A DNA stretch of 63,153 bases, counting the filler, from Hyphochytrium catenoides (lineage: Eukaryota > Protista > Hyphochytriomycota): assembly GCA_900088475.1 (NCBI GenBank). It is 9 parts of 9 records of this genome, joined end to end, with 100 filler letters (N's around TTAATTAATTAA, not from the genome) between each part and the next. Parts side by side here need not be neighbours in the genome. Positions count along the whole stretch, not along the records: positions 1 to 17,345 come from FLMG01001760.1; positions 17,446 to 43,295 come from FLMG01003276.1; 7 more parts are not named here. The stretch is one strand, 5' to 3'. The position numbers were made by a program, and so were the translations under genes. This document shows positions 13,212-25,570 of the stretch, one piece after another. The stretch's first letter is position 1. Each line of letters begins with the position of its first letter. The notes beneath the pieces are model-generated. The model ran no database searches, had not been told where the DNA came from, and saw only the letters and a program-made list of their open reading frames with translations.

Positions 13212-13424
13212 TGTTATAATGTATGGGATTTGGAGACACTCTATTTATGTTATCTGGTCTACTGATATAGACAGAAAGAGTATGAAGGGCTTATGGGACC
13301 TTGTTTCCTAGTTATCAGGTTGTCTAGTTTGTTCTAATGAGTAACTGTGTCTTGTATAATCTACATGACCCAGTCACTGTCTCTTCACTTCTCATGATGA
13401 CTTACCTTGTGATAAAAGCCTAGG
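13212..13424 (+). repeat. LTR-like dispersed repeat, copy 1 (3' truncated)
   Basis: Starts TGTTATAATGTATGGGATTTG and aligns by eye over ~200 bp with 58034-58240 and with 17295-17345. Confidence 0.75.
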
Positions 13425-14386
13425 AGGCCGTCCGTGTTAGAATCAACGAAAATAGCCAAATTTCTTCCAATTGTCCTATTTTCGGTGGGACATCCCCTCT
13501 GTTCTGGAGGTGGAATTGATCCGCCGCCGCGTGAGCGGCGGTAGCTCCCGAATTTACGGTGCAAGGAACGCCAGAAAGGCACATTTTCACACAATTTATG
13601 AACTACCGACAACGCAGTTTTACGTAGCCTTTTACTATCATTCTTTTCTTGCCTCCTCCTATCATTGACTCTTTCTGTTCAGTGGCTAGCTGGCTTCAAT
13701 GTGATTGTTCTTCTTCACTTGATGATTCTCAGCATCATGGGCAATGGCCTCCTCTAACGTGGCTTATACGCCTTCATACCACAGTTGCCTTGGCCATCAT
13801 CCATTTCATTAAGAAAGCACGATAGTTCATCAGACTCTGATACATATTTATTCCTCTTGGGCCCTTTCTCTTCCTTGCTTGCGGCCGCCGAGAGTGATGA
13901 TAATCTTGGTGCTCGGTCACCCTTCACCCTCTCTTCTCCCTTATTGTTACTGCTGAGGAGTTCAGCTGATATGATATTTCCTTCTCTGATAATGTAATGA
14001 AGGGGAGGGAGAGTTGTTGGTGAAGTGGCCAAGACTTTTTGTAGCTCTTGCGGCTTTCTTCTTCTTCTGCGTAGTAGTTGGGAGTTTATAGCATATTAGA
14101 GAGGGATTGTTATCTTACTTCGCTATCAATAGTACCAATAAAGGGAAGAAGACGCTATAGAAGAAAGCGCACTTGACGAAGAAAAGAGCTGCAGACTAAA
14201 AAAATCAATCATATCATGATAGTGAAAGAGAGACCGAGGAGTCCCTCGCTGGCGCTTTCTGAATATAAGCTTGATTAGCTGTGGATATTATTGCACTTCT
14301 ATCCTGGCTGGGACCTCCATGATGCTTCCTTGTCCGCTCGCTGCTCCTAATTACTATTTTAGTCATCAATTCTACCACAATAGGTG

Positions 14387-17294
14387 TCACCATCCGTGCG
14401 TTCCCCTTTCTTCAGCATCATCATCCTGCTGGTCTTCTTCTTGACTGGACTGTACCTTCTTAGCCTTCCGAGTGCTCGCCAAATAGCTAAATTTGGCCTT
14501 TATCTGGACAACACTAAGCACGAACTTTCTTGCAAAAGGCCCTTTAGGGTGATTGAAACGTTCTTGCATCTTTTTAGGTGTCGCCTCAGGGGTCAAGAGG
14601 TTCTGGTTTGGCTGGGTCAGGTGGAGATTGAACATCTTCTCCAAGAAGTTGATCTGCTGGGGTGTGAACCTGGAGAACTTGCGTTCTTTTCTGGTGTACA
14701 TGCCCATCCCCTCAGACTCCGTCTCAGCCCTGTTTGCGGAGTGAACTTTGTAAGTACAGTGTTATAGAGGAAGACGAGTGCTGAGCGAGTTGTCAGAGGA
14801 AGAAAAAACGGATTTTAGAGACACTGAGATACTGGCCTTTTGCAGGTTGACGGTCCCATCAACGGGGAGAAGGATTCTTTTGTGCTCGGTGATCCGCTCT
14901 TATTCTCTTGCTGCCTATCATTCTCCGTGGTCCTTAACTTTTCTCTCCTCTCTTCTGGGTGCAGAAAGAAGGGATCAGGGGTGATGATGGATTGTGCGTT
15001 CAATTTTTGCTTCTTGGAAGAGAACAAGTGATCCGTTCCCAAAAATCAGATATGGACATATGGTTCCGCTTCCCTGCACAGCCTGCATAATTAAAGAAGG
15101 TGAGGGTATCAGTCATGCATCATCTTATACAAAAAAATTATCAGGTGTCGAGAAGGTCTTGAGCTAACCTTTCAACACTTTTGATCCTCTGTCCCTGGCT
15201 GTGGCCTTCTCGACTGCAGATGTGCTGGAGTCTTGCTTGCAGGGTAAGCAAGAGTCCTTTGGGGGCTTATCCAATTGGCCGTCACCAACGCGATGAATGG
15301 AGACCGCCACGTCATAGTGTTGATCTCTCAGCAACAACGTCAATGCTGTGGAATGTTCAGCTTCGACCCTTCACAATAGGGAGTTTGAGCTGCGGGGAGG
15401 TGTTGGAGTCTGAGGCCACATAGCTTCGGGAAGGCCCAACGGAAAGTAGGATCATCTTGCTCCCGGTTAACCTTTGGCATCCGTAGGACGACATGGCATC
15501 TGGCACCACGGTTAGAGTAGAAGCAGGAGAGGTCGCATCTGGCCGTTTGACAATATTCAACACTACCCCAAAGGCACCAGCCAGAATATTTGGGACCAAG
15601 TCACCGATGTCTGTGGCATAAAATTTGTCCATGTGTTCGAATATGGTAGACAAACCATGCGACAAATCGTATTCCCTGAGTCCTAGCTCTTCAGACTCGT
15701 ACTAGGGAGCTTGTCCGCTAAAAGTTCCACACTGCTTTGACGTTGGCGTCCACGAAGGCCGAAAGATCAAAGACTAAGTCCTGAACGGATATTACTGAGG
15801 GGAGAGGGTTGTCAATTCTCGACCATTGAAGTCCGTGCAAGGAAAGCGTGGAAGAGACATTGGCCATCTGCCTGACAGATAAGACGTACAACTTTTACAC
15901 CGCCCAAGAGCAGGTCTGTTGGCGGGTGAGTGAAGCACACTTGGTCCCTGCTAAGCTTCGGAAAATGCCCAGCTGGGTGAGGAGCTCGAACACCTACTCG
16001 TGGCACGCGTTTACTGGGTAAAAGGACCTCATAATGGCTACGATTCCGCCACAGGAGGATGATAGCAGCATTAGGGATTTTCTTGAGAAAGGTCAGCTTC
16101 TGGGAGGTGCTTCCATACAGCGGCCGCTCCACTGCCCGGACTGTAGCCATGCCTGTGCCATCACCTTGAGACATAGAGGAGAGGATGACGGTGCTTGCAG
16201 GAGCCACCGTTTTTCGCTCGTAGATGGTCACACCAGTAATCACCTGGTCCTTCTCATTATCCATCTGCAGCACTACGACTGGCCTGCAAAAGAGAAGGCA
16301 GAAAACCCTTATAGTGTCATCTGACCCCCATCCTTCTCGCCCTACCGTCCCCGCGCGTGTTTGGCCGTATCCCTTTCCGTAACTTTTATAGGCGGCAATG
16401 GCCTCTGGCGTGTCCAAGGAAACTTGAGTATCAGCACCTCCAACCAGTTTGGGCCCACAACTTGGGCGGAACCAAGACATATTCCTTAACATGAACTCAC
16501 TGGCACCGCACTGTCACCCAAGAGAGACTTTGCACTCCATCATCCCATGAATAGCCTGCCGCAAGGGATCGAGCTTGACAATAGCCGTCTCCTGGGATCT
16601 TCCTCAGTTCCCGACCCACTGTCTCCTCGACAGCAGGAAGCTTTAGAAGAGGTGAGGAACTATTTCTGTCCGTTAATGTGGTGTCATAGAAGCTTCCGAG
16701 ATAAAGGGGACGTGCAGAAGGAGAGTCCAGGTCCTGAGGTGGGTGCCTACTGCCTTGTTGGCTACTAAACGCTGTCATACTCTCTGTTCGCTCCATACCG
16801 CTTCGGGAGTGAGCTTTACCTCCCGGTCACCCTCGTTACAGGCGGGTACCGAAGGGTCGGGAAAATTAGCCTCTGGTCGCCCTGTCCTTCCCCCTGCTGG
16901 CTCCTTACTAGTTGTCTCCGGTTCAGACTCAACAGGGTTCTTTGGCTTCGATAAGTCTTCCCGTCTAAAAACTGCGGGCTGGACAGGGCTTGTTCTCGGA
17001 GTTTCTATTAACGACAAAAAAGAAATTTACTTCTAAGTGGCGCATGATAGCAAGGGGATGTCATCTACCTGAGAAGATGTGAGGCTCCACTTTCATGCGC
17101 GCACCCCGAAACTCTTCTGTTGTCCAGTATTGTTCCAGCTCTTGCCATGGTTTGTGAATGCCAGCCCCGATATCACGGTTACGGAAGAGCCGAACTCCTG
17201 TGCATCGGTTTCGACCCTCATCGTACTCATACCGCCGGCATTGGTAAAACGAGAGGTGCTTCAATGGAGTATACTTCCTCTTCTCCTCTCTATT
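14387..17294 (-). mobile_element. Degenerate Sola3-like DNA transposase (C-terminal part) with two inserted OTU-like domains; catalytic core not present (interrupted by LTR-like repeat and gap)
   Basis: LSFYQCRRYEY..GVRLFRNRDIGAG (17061-17264) and RFTPQQINFLEKMFN..TPE..KKMQERF..VLSVVQIKAKFSYLA (14387-14707) resemble Sola3-type motifs as I recall them. OTU1: IPGDGYC / GWGSD / RSHYE. OTU2: ADGQCLFHAF / DIGDLVP / RDQHYD. Several frameshifts and stops, and a probable intron at ~15083-15168. Confidence 0.6.
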
Positions 17295-17345
17295 TGTTAT
17301 AATGTATGGGATTTGAAGACACTCTTATTTAGGTTATGTGGTCTA
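17295..17345 (+). repeat. LTR-like dispersed repeat, copy 2 (cut by assembly gap)
   Basis: TGTTATAATGTATGGGATTTGAAGACACTC..., with the same start as the copy at 13212. It interrupts the transposase reading frame. Confidence 0.75.
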
Positions 17346-17445
17346 NNNNNNNNNNNNNNNNNNNNNNNNNNNNNNNNNNNNNNNNNNNNTTAATTAATTA
17401 ANNNNNNNNNNNNNNNNNNNNNNNNNNNNNNNNNNNNNNNNNNNN
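17346..17445. other. Artificial contig linker N44-TTAATTAATTAA-N44 (also at 43296-43395, 45549-45648, 50817-50916, 54518-54617, 56216-56315, 58323-58422, 61541-61640)
   Basis: Identical 100-nt spacer giving stops in all six frames; this is an assembly convention. Confidence 0.97.
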
Positions 17446-17467
17446 GAGAGAAAGAGAGAGAGAAGAA

Positions 17468-17505
<38 letters not shown>

Positions 17506-18363
17506 CAAACGAAGGTACTATCTTAGGATTTCCCTTTCTTTTTGATGTCTCATTATTTGAGAATTAGTACTGCTTTTGCTGTCTGGCATTGCAGGCCAGC
17601 TCTCTCTGTCCTCCTCCGTGGCTGTTGGGGGGACGGGGCCTAACTTGTCTCTGCTACTCTATCGACCACTACTATTCTTTCTCCACTGCACTGGCGTTTA
17701 TTCCGCAGTCACCCTTGTGACAACAGTGTTCTTATGCCTACAGTCAAGTTGCTCTATTATTTCTCTCACTGGACACATTTTACTCCTTTTCTTTCCTCTG
17801 TCAGTTCGTCACACTTCCTCCTGTTTATTCTAATAATAAATAAAGGACCAAGACTCTGTAGCTCTTGCCTCTGTTTCTACTTCTTCCACTACTGTACTTC
17901 TCTTCTATCATCAGTACTTGCCATAGAGTCCATTTATAACCTCACCGACGCCACACCTGTCAGTCCTCTTCCTGTATTGCTGGGGAAGGAGAGACGAAAT
18001 GGCGAATAGGGATAAAACAGTATTAGGTTTCAACCCCTATTGTTTCTACTTCTAGGGCTAATAAAATAATAAGAACAAAATTTCTATAAAGGCCTTCCCT
18101 TGATCCTATTCTATAAAATTAACCCTAAACTAGCTAGAGGTAACCATAATAAGGCTTGGTTCTATGGCCTTATTTGATGATATTAATTGGTTTCGAAGCC
18201 AATGAGAGCCGATAATAGCACAATGCTGATGCTGTCATAGTGTCCAATATAGAACTACTGTACAGACGTCCAGCGTCATGGAGTCCAGTCGACTCTTATT
18301 ATCGTATCCGCATCAATACTGGCCCCTGTCTTCTCAATCGCTTCTTCTCTCTCTCTCTCCCTT

Positions 18364-18394
<31 letters not shown>

Positions 18395-20476
18395 TTTGCT
18401 CTCTCTCTCTCTGTTTCTCTCTCTCTGTTTCTCTCTCTCTCTCTGTTTCTCTCGCGCGCTCTCTCTCTCTCTCTTGCTCTCTCCCTTTCTCTTTCTCTCT
18501 TCTTTCGTCCTTGTCTTTTTATAAAAAATATCTGCCGCTCTGCTTCTTCTGATCAGTTGGTCTATCTCCTCTCTCTTCTTCATATAGGTGGTTTCTATCT
18601 TCGAGACATCTCAAGATCCTCTCACTTGCAAAGAATAATGATGACACGACCTCATCCAATCCCTCAACCGAATGATGAAGACGAAGAACTTCTTCATCAT
18701 CTTCAGACCTTCGTTCCAGATAGTTACCATCTTCTAGACATCTCTTCATAATAACAGACCGCTTCCGACTTCTTGGGCTGACATCACTGTGATCTTAGCC
18801 AAGAGTAATATACAGATGATCGTTGAGCAACTTCTTCCGCCTTCTCGGGCTGGCTCACATTGTGATCTGAAGTAGGTTCATCTTTATTGGCCACAGGATC
18901 AGGCGCTTGTCGGTATTAGGTTAGGATCTTTTCATATCAAGTGACGGTATGGCAGCACTAGTACGAGTAGTGCTAAGATTCCCCCCGTAAGTCCGTCCTT
19001 TGGGGATGGTTGGTCGCGCTAGAAGACAAGCAGTAATGCAGCTCCGTACTACGAATAGATTTTGACAGAGACAAGCGTCCTGACTCTTATTCCTCTTCTT
19101 TCCTCGTTCATCAGTTGTTAACCTCTGTAGCTATCGCTTTCTCTCTGTATCTATCGCTTTCTCTCCGGCGTGCTATGATGGTTGCTTGTGTCTCCTCTTC
19201 CGGCTCTGACCTCTTTCTCTCCTCTCTCCCTACGATGATGCATCATCACCTAGTCTGTATGTCCCATTATCGTGAATGTTCGTACTTTGTCCAATAAAGA
19301 GAACATCTATGCAATCATCTTCTTGGTGGTTTGGATGGCCGAGGGCAAGCGCTGCTCCGTGTTGACCCATCATGAGCGGCGGCAAGCCGAGACTGGTAGA
19401 AAAATTGAGAAAAAAGACAACAGGGCGCTATCCTTTCACGCAGCAATCTGCCGTCTTCCTTCCATCAACAGGCCACGGGATGTTTCTAAGCAAAAGCGCA
19501 TTGTTGTTGGCGCCGAGCGTCCACGGAGTGATTTCACACCAAAAAAAGCGCGAGATAGAGAACAGCAGTTTGCGCCCGCAGCGAACGAGAGTGGAACCTG
19601 CGGCCTTGCTTGCCATTGAGAGACGTGGCTGGCGAAGGGAACCAAGGCCGGACGGTCTATATTCTTAGCTAATAGAAGACATCATCCTTAGACGCTCGGA
19701 TTGCCAGATGCCGAATCCGGGTAAGAGATAAGGCCCGAGATGGCGACGAAGGCCAGAGAAACAGACTGCTGCAGGCCTTCAACAAGCAAATATACCTTGT
19801 TGGCCTGACGCCTTCTGGCCCGATCCATGGCGTGGTCCTCGCGTGGGGTCCTTCCCTGTCCGACTTAAGATATATATGTACCACTTGGGGCAGAGAGCAG
19901 GGCTGACGGTCGAGTTGATGAGCCTGATCCTCATTACTATTGGGCGGGTTGTTGGGTCGCGACGAGCAACCCTGGGTGCGGACACATAGCGCCCACCACT
20001 GACGGGTTTATGCCCCAGTGTTGGCGGGATTCTTGATGCAGAGAAGGACCAAGATCTTCCTAATAAGGGACACGACCCAGCAGGGACTAGGTCCTTCGAG
20101 TGGTAGAGGCCGCGTCCGTGGGGTAGCCCGCCCAGATGTCCACTCACTCAACAACGGCGTTGCTCGCATCCATCATGGGTCTGCCGCTGTCTCCAGTCAT
20201 CACTAGAGACGTCTCCACCAGCTGTCATTGTAAGGCCAGAAAGGGCCGTATTGCAACAAAGAACTGGAGAAGAAAGAAAGCCTGCTATTCTTCTGGTCGA
20301 GGCAGAAGAAGCAGTAGAGAGAGACCATGACGGACCAAATGGACGTACGCATGAGGGAGACTGTTGACGCATTTTCAAAGGTCGAAGAAAGTAGAGAAGC
20401 TGTGGTGGCAGCGTTGGGCTAGTTCCCCACTTCCAAAGCAATCTTTGCTTTCTCCTTTGCTTTCGAGGAGAAGAGA

Positions 20477-20530
<54 letters not shown>

Positions 20531-21575
20531 GACAGAGAGGCAGAGGAGGGCTGGAAGACGACCTAGACAAAAGAAAGCGTGAGTCCAGAAGACAAAAAAG
20601 AGACTATAGAGCGAGGAAGGAAGCCTACTCTACCTTGCAAGGAAAGTGATCGTAAAGATTCAGGACTATCCGTGACACAGTGGAAAGCACAGAGAAAAGC
20701 TTTGGGAAGGAGAGTATACCGCTACGGAGACAAGATCCCTCCGGCCGCTGAGGGTAGGACCAACGAAGAGGAGAGAAAGACAGCAGAAGAGGAGAAGGCC
20801 AAGCAGCGGCCACGTTCATGCGGTTGTCGGATGATGATGAGAGTGGACCCTGGCGGACAGTTTTGGGTGTGCTGCTTGCTGCCAGTTGATGTTCCTATCC
20901 TCCACCTCTTTGTTTGACTACTTGGTTGCAGGATGAGAATCGAGAGCAAGTGTAAGGAAGACAGCGCGTGGAGCTGAGAGGCACCCGTCAACCTTACCGA
21001 GGGACCTTTCAAGATGTGGCTCAAAAACGGAACCTGCTCTTTCCGCTTATTTCCCCCTTCACACTTTTAAGTATAACTGTCTGTTCTCTCTCTCTTCTCT
21101 TTTCCAGTTCTCTCTCCATTCTCTCACGGAGCCCTGCTGTTTAGAGGACTCTATACTCTGCATTCCGTCCACATCTCTCTGGGCAAACCTTAAACCTCTT
21201 CGTCCGTTCATAGTTCTCGACGTGGAACTGTTCGAGCTGTCCAGCTAAGGGAAGAAGACAAAGCAAACCGGAACAGACTCAATCTTTGTTCATACATCCA
21301 ATTACCATGCAAAGCTCGACGGAAGACATCTTCTGGTGCGCGGGCCAGCTGTGTCCATCAGAAAGGGATCGCCATTTAACGAAGAACGATGCTTATTGAG
21401 GCAGCCGTCCAGGATTGCTGACAGTGCAGACGACTAAGACGACTACCTATGGCTATTCATGGACTTATACGCTAATCCCTTCTTTCTGGGGCATAGACCA
21501 ACACAATCCATCGTCTCTCACCATCGCTTCCTCCTCGCTCGCAACGTGAAGGTTAGCCTCTCATGAGCTTCCTTC

Positions 21576-22151
21576 TTAGGGCTCCTTGTTATGGATGGTT
21601 GTGAGATAGTCGTGAAGCTGGTCGAAAGAGCCTTTGCAGCCGAGACGCATGGCCTCCAAGCTTTGATTGAACGTCTCAATCTCCTCATCTGAGGCTTTAT
21701 AAGGGACAGTCAGCATGTCAATCATGGTCTTCTTCCCACCGCTGGTCTCTTTAAAGGAGACAGTGGCTTTCAGGTACATCGGCCACGTGGCAGAGAGAGG
21801 ATGCTTGATGTCGTTGCCATTCTCGTCAGTAAAGCTGACAATATACGTCATCTCTTCCGGAGCTCGTACATCCAAGTACGTGAGCTTGCCATGCCAAGCT
21901 TCCTTCTGTCCTGGAGCTTTCATGGAGTATCTGAACTCTCCTCCTGGACGGCAGTCAAGGTTAAGCACCGAAGTAGACGAGCCCTTGCAGCCCCACCAGC
22001 CCTCTAGGTGCTCGGCTTGGCAGTAGGTGTTGAAGACAAGATCGCGAGGTGCGTCAAACTCTCTGCTGGCAGTGAACTCCAGGGCTTTCTTCTTCAAGGT
22101 CGGCTCTTCCGTGCGTGGAACCAGGTGCTGCTGCTCTAGTACTTCGGCCAT
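21576..22151 (-). CDS. SRPBCC/AHSA1-like (CalC/Aha1-like, START-fold) protein, intronless, bacterial type; copy 1
   Basis: 191 aa with SREFDAPRDLVF, HLEGWWG, LDCRPGGEFRYSM, IVSFTDENG, HPLSATWP and SFDQLHDYL. Confidence 0.9.
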   Translation of the reverse strand: MAEVLEQQHLVPRTEEPTLKKKALEFTASREFDAPRDLVFNTYCQAEHLEGWWGCKGSSTSVLNLDCRPGGEFRYSMKAPGQKEAWHGKLTYLDVRAPEEMTYIVSFTDENGNDIKHPLSATWPMYLKATVSFKETSGGKKTMIDMLTVPYKASDEEIETFNQSLEAMRLGCKGSFDQLHDYLTTIHNKEP

Positions 22152-22633
22152 CTTGCCACTTATAAGGCTTTAGCACGTTTGATTTGTTTGTGGGAAAGAG
22201 AGCCCCTTCCTTTGATCGCGAGGTAGCAGGCGCTGGACAAAGACGTGGGATGGATGATAGGTTATTGTTGATGCTTGAGCTCCAGGAAGAATTTTCAGGA
22301 GTGAGCCTTCCTCCTTCTGCTGATGTGCCATCCTCAACGACTCATGCTCGAGGAGAGCAGAATAGAAGGACGACGGAGGAGAGAGGAAAGAAGAAGTAGC
22401 AATCTTCACGAAGGCCTTCGAGCATCCTTCTTCTATTCTTCTCTGCTGCAGTGTGCCGTGTGCCGATAAACGAAGAGCCTTTCCCTGGAGAAAAGGCGGG
22501 AGGATGGATGCAGGTGGCTTCTTGATGATGGCGGCGGGAAACAAGGAAGAATGAGGAAATGGGTTGGGAGACAGTGGACGGATGAGATGGAGACAGACGA
22601 GAGAGAGAGAGAGAGAGNNNNNNNNNNNNNNNN

Positions 22634-22675
<42 letters not shown>

Positions 22676-23697
22676 GCTAGAGCATAGAATAACGGGTGGG
22701 AAATAAGGGGGGAAGGGCTCGCACAACAACAAGGACCCACACTCCTTTCCATCTGCTATTGTGCTGGGTAGAACTGCTACTTACCGAACCTGCTTCGGTA
22801 AATTATCTGACTAAACATTATCTAACCCAGCGAGCGGTATATACCGTACGAATTGACCATCACTCTCACTTATATACTGCTTACAGTGGTTTGGATCCTT
22901 TTCCGAGTAAAGCTGGGAGTGACTGTCCCTAGGGGTAGAAACCACTTTGGGCTGTTTAAAATTCGTTCGTTCTCTTTACTATGAGACAGCCGCCTTCCCT
23001 ACCTTTATCTCTCTGGCTGTCTCCTCTCTCTCGTTGTCTCTCTATCTCTCCCTCTCCCTCTTTCTCTCTTTCTATCATCTCTGTCTCTCTCTTTATCTCT
23101 CTCTGTCTGTCTCTCACTCTATCTCCATCTCTTTGTCTCTGTCTGTCTGTCTCTCACTCTATCTCCATCTCTTTTTCTCTCTCTGTCTCTCACTCTGTTC
23201 CTCTCTCTTTTTGCTCTCTCTCTTTTTCCTCTCTCTCTCTCTGTCTCCTCTCTCTCTCATGACCCTTATTTTTCGGATCCCACCATCATAACGACGGCGC
23301 CAACCATCATTCTTCCAACATCCTTCCACTCGCTTCGTCGTCTGTTCCGTCCAGCAGCAGGATACTGTACCAGGTCCCGCCCGCTTTCCCTCTTTCTTCT
23401 TGAGAAAGAAAGGTGACAGGAGGCCAAGATCGCCTACGCCCAGCCTGCAGACAGTCCTTTCTCTTCAGCTCCAACAATGAGCAGGCTGAACATGTGCTCA
23501 CTCTTCAAGTTCCTCTCTTTAGCTCATTGAACATAAAGAAGACGGTAGATTAACAAGCAGACAAGCGAACCAACCAGAAGTCTGTTTGCTATCTCCTCAA
23601 CACTTACTAGAGGTCAGGACTCTGTTTAAATCTTCTCTCTATCAACTACAAGGCGCGTGGTCATCATCAGCACACCACCGGCCAACCAGCAAGTAGG

Positions 23698-24276
23698 ATG
23701 GCTGAGTCACCAGAGCAGCAGCAGCAGAAATCGCACAAGGGCGAACAGCCCTTGACAGAAGCAGTGGAGTTCACTGTCAGCAGAGAGTTTGAGGCACCGC
23801 GCGAGCTTGTTTATAAGGTGCATCGCCAAGAAGAGCACCTGCAGCGCTGGTGGGGGCCTAAGGGTTGCGCTACGGCAGTGCTAAACCTCGACTTTCGTCC
23901 TGGAGGAGAGTACAGATACTCAATGAAAGCTCCAGGACAAGAGGAACCTTGGTATGGCAAACTCAAGTACGTGGACATGCGAGAGCCAACGGAGATGACG
24001 TATATTGTGAGCTTCAATGACGAGAAGGGCAATGACATCAAGCATCCTCTCTCTCCAACGTGGCCCATGTACCTGAAGTCTGTTGTCTCTTTCAAAGAGA
24101 CCGGTGATGGAAAGAAGACCTTGGTGGAGATGCGGACTGTTCCTTATGAAGCTTCTGAAGAGGAGATTAAGACTTTCAATCAGGGCTTGAAGCCTCTACG
24201 TCTCGGTTGTGAAGGCTCCTTCGACCAGCTGCGTGACTATCTAACGACTGTTCATCGTCCGGCGGAACCTAACTAA
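23698..24276 (+). CDS. SRPBCC/AHSA1-like protein, intronless, bacterial type; copy 2 (divergently oriented paralog)
   Basis: 192 aa with SREFEAPRELVY, HLQRWWGPKG, LDFRPGGEYRYSM, HPLSPTWP and SFDQLRDYL. Colinear with copy 1. Confidence 0.92.
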   Translation: MAESPEQQQQKSHKGEQPLTEAVEFTVSREFEAPRELVYKVHRQEEHLQRWWGPKGCATAVLNLDFRPGGEYRYSMKAPGQEEPWYGKLKYVDMREPTEMTYIVSFNDEKGNDIKHPLSPTWPMYLKSVVSFKETGDGKKTLVEMRTVPYEASEEEIKTFNQGLKPLRLGCEGSFDQLRDYLTTVHRPAEPN

Positions 24277-25525
24277 GTAGATATAGCGGTGGTCTTCATC
24301 CTTGTGCTAGGAGCAGAATCGAAGGCCTGACTGGATGACATCATGTGCTGCTGGTAGCTTGTGCTGTCTCTTGTTTCCTCTATTCTATTTATAAAGGTGA
24401 TCGCTTACTATGTAGATCCAGTAACGAGCCTGCAGCCTTGATGGCTTCTCTATTATTTGTCTAATCTCCCCAGTGCTGGAGGTCTCATTGTCCCAGCAGA
24501 GGCGTCTTCAGAATCAACTTCATCACCAAAGCAAAGCTCAACCGGAGGAGTACTAACAACGAAGAAGAATAATGGTGGTAGGATGGAGATCAGGATCAAA
24601 AAAGCTCCCACCATTCGACTCGTGCATTGGTGTCTGTAGGGAAGAGTCGTGCCTTAGCCTGTCACCGTGGTGGACTATGATGTGTGGATCAAGGACGCAT
24701 ATTATTAAGCCTTCTTTCTTCTTCGCATCTTTGTCCATAGAAGACGACGAAGGTCTTGAAGCTTGAAGAGCTAATAGGAGCATCTCGTGTCTTCTGTGTC
24801 TCCTTACAGCCCTCGACTGCAAGACTATTCAGAGGAGGCAACAACAGCAGCAAGGAAGAAGGGACGCACACGAGATGCTGACAGACACCACGGAAGGCAC
24901 TGCGTGTTCCCGTTCCTTCGTCCTCTTCTGTCTTCTAGGCCTTATTTAGTCCTTTAGTAGACAGAAGAAGGGCCAAAAGGAGAAGCTCCGCACTGGCTTT
25001 ACAGCACCATAAAGTAGCGGATAAAGTAGCGGAGGGAAGAGGACAAGAAGAAGAAGCATCTTCTTTACTTCTTTGTTCTGTGTCGATGACAGAAGAAGAG
25101 GAGACGGCTTGTATTTTTATAAAAAATTGCAGAAGGTCAAGGAAGAAGACGGGAGAAGCAGCGGTAGCCAAGAAGAAGTCAAGACCAAGAGGCAGTGTTC
25201 AAAAGTAAGCTCGACCGAGGTGATGGAGAAGAAGAGTGCTAAGTTCCATCAAACAACAGAAGATACTTTTCATAGAACTAGTGTGGCCCTTCGGCTTATG
25301 TCAGGTCGAAGGCAGAGAGAGAGAGAGAGAAAGAGAGAGACACAGAGAGAGAGACAGAGAGAGAGACAGAGAGAGAGACAGGGAGAGAGAAAGTGAGAGA
25401 GAAAGAGAGAGAAAGTGAGAGAGAAAGTGAGAGAGAACGAGAGAGAACGAGAGAGAAAGAGAGAGAAAGAGGGAGAGAGAGATAGTATGTAGCATGAGGG
25501 AGAAAGAGAGAAAGAGAGAGAAAGT

Positions 25526-25570
<45 letters not shown>

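Noticed and set aside
18115-18135. AACCCTAAAC as an interstitial telomere repeat
   Set aside because: It is a single unit in AT-rich sequence and expected by chance.
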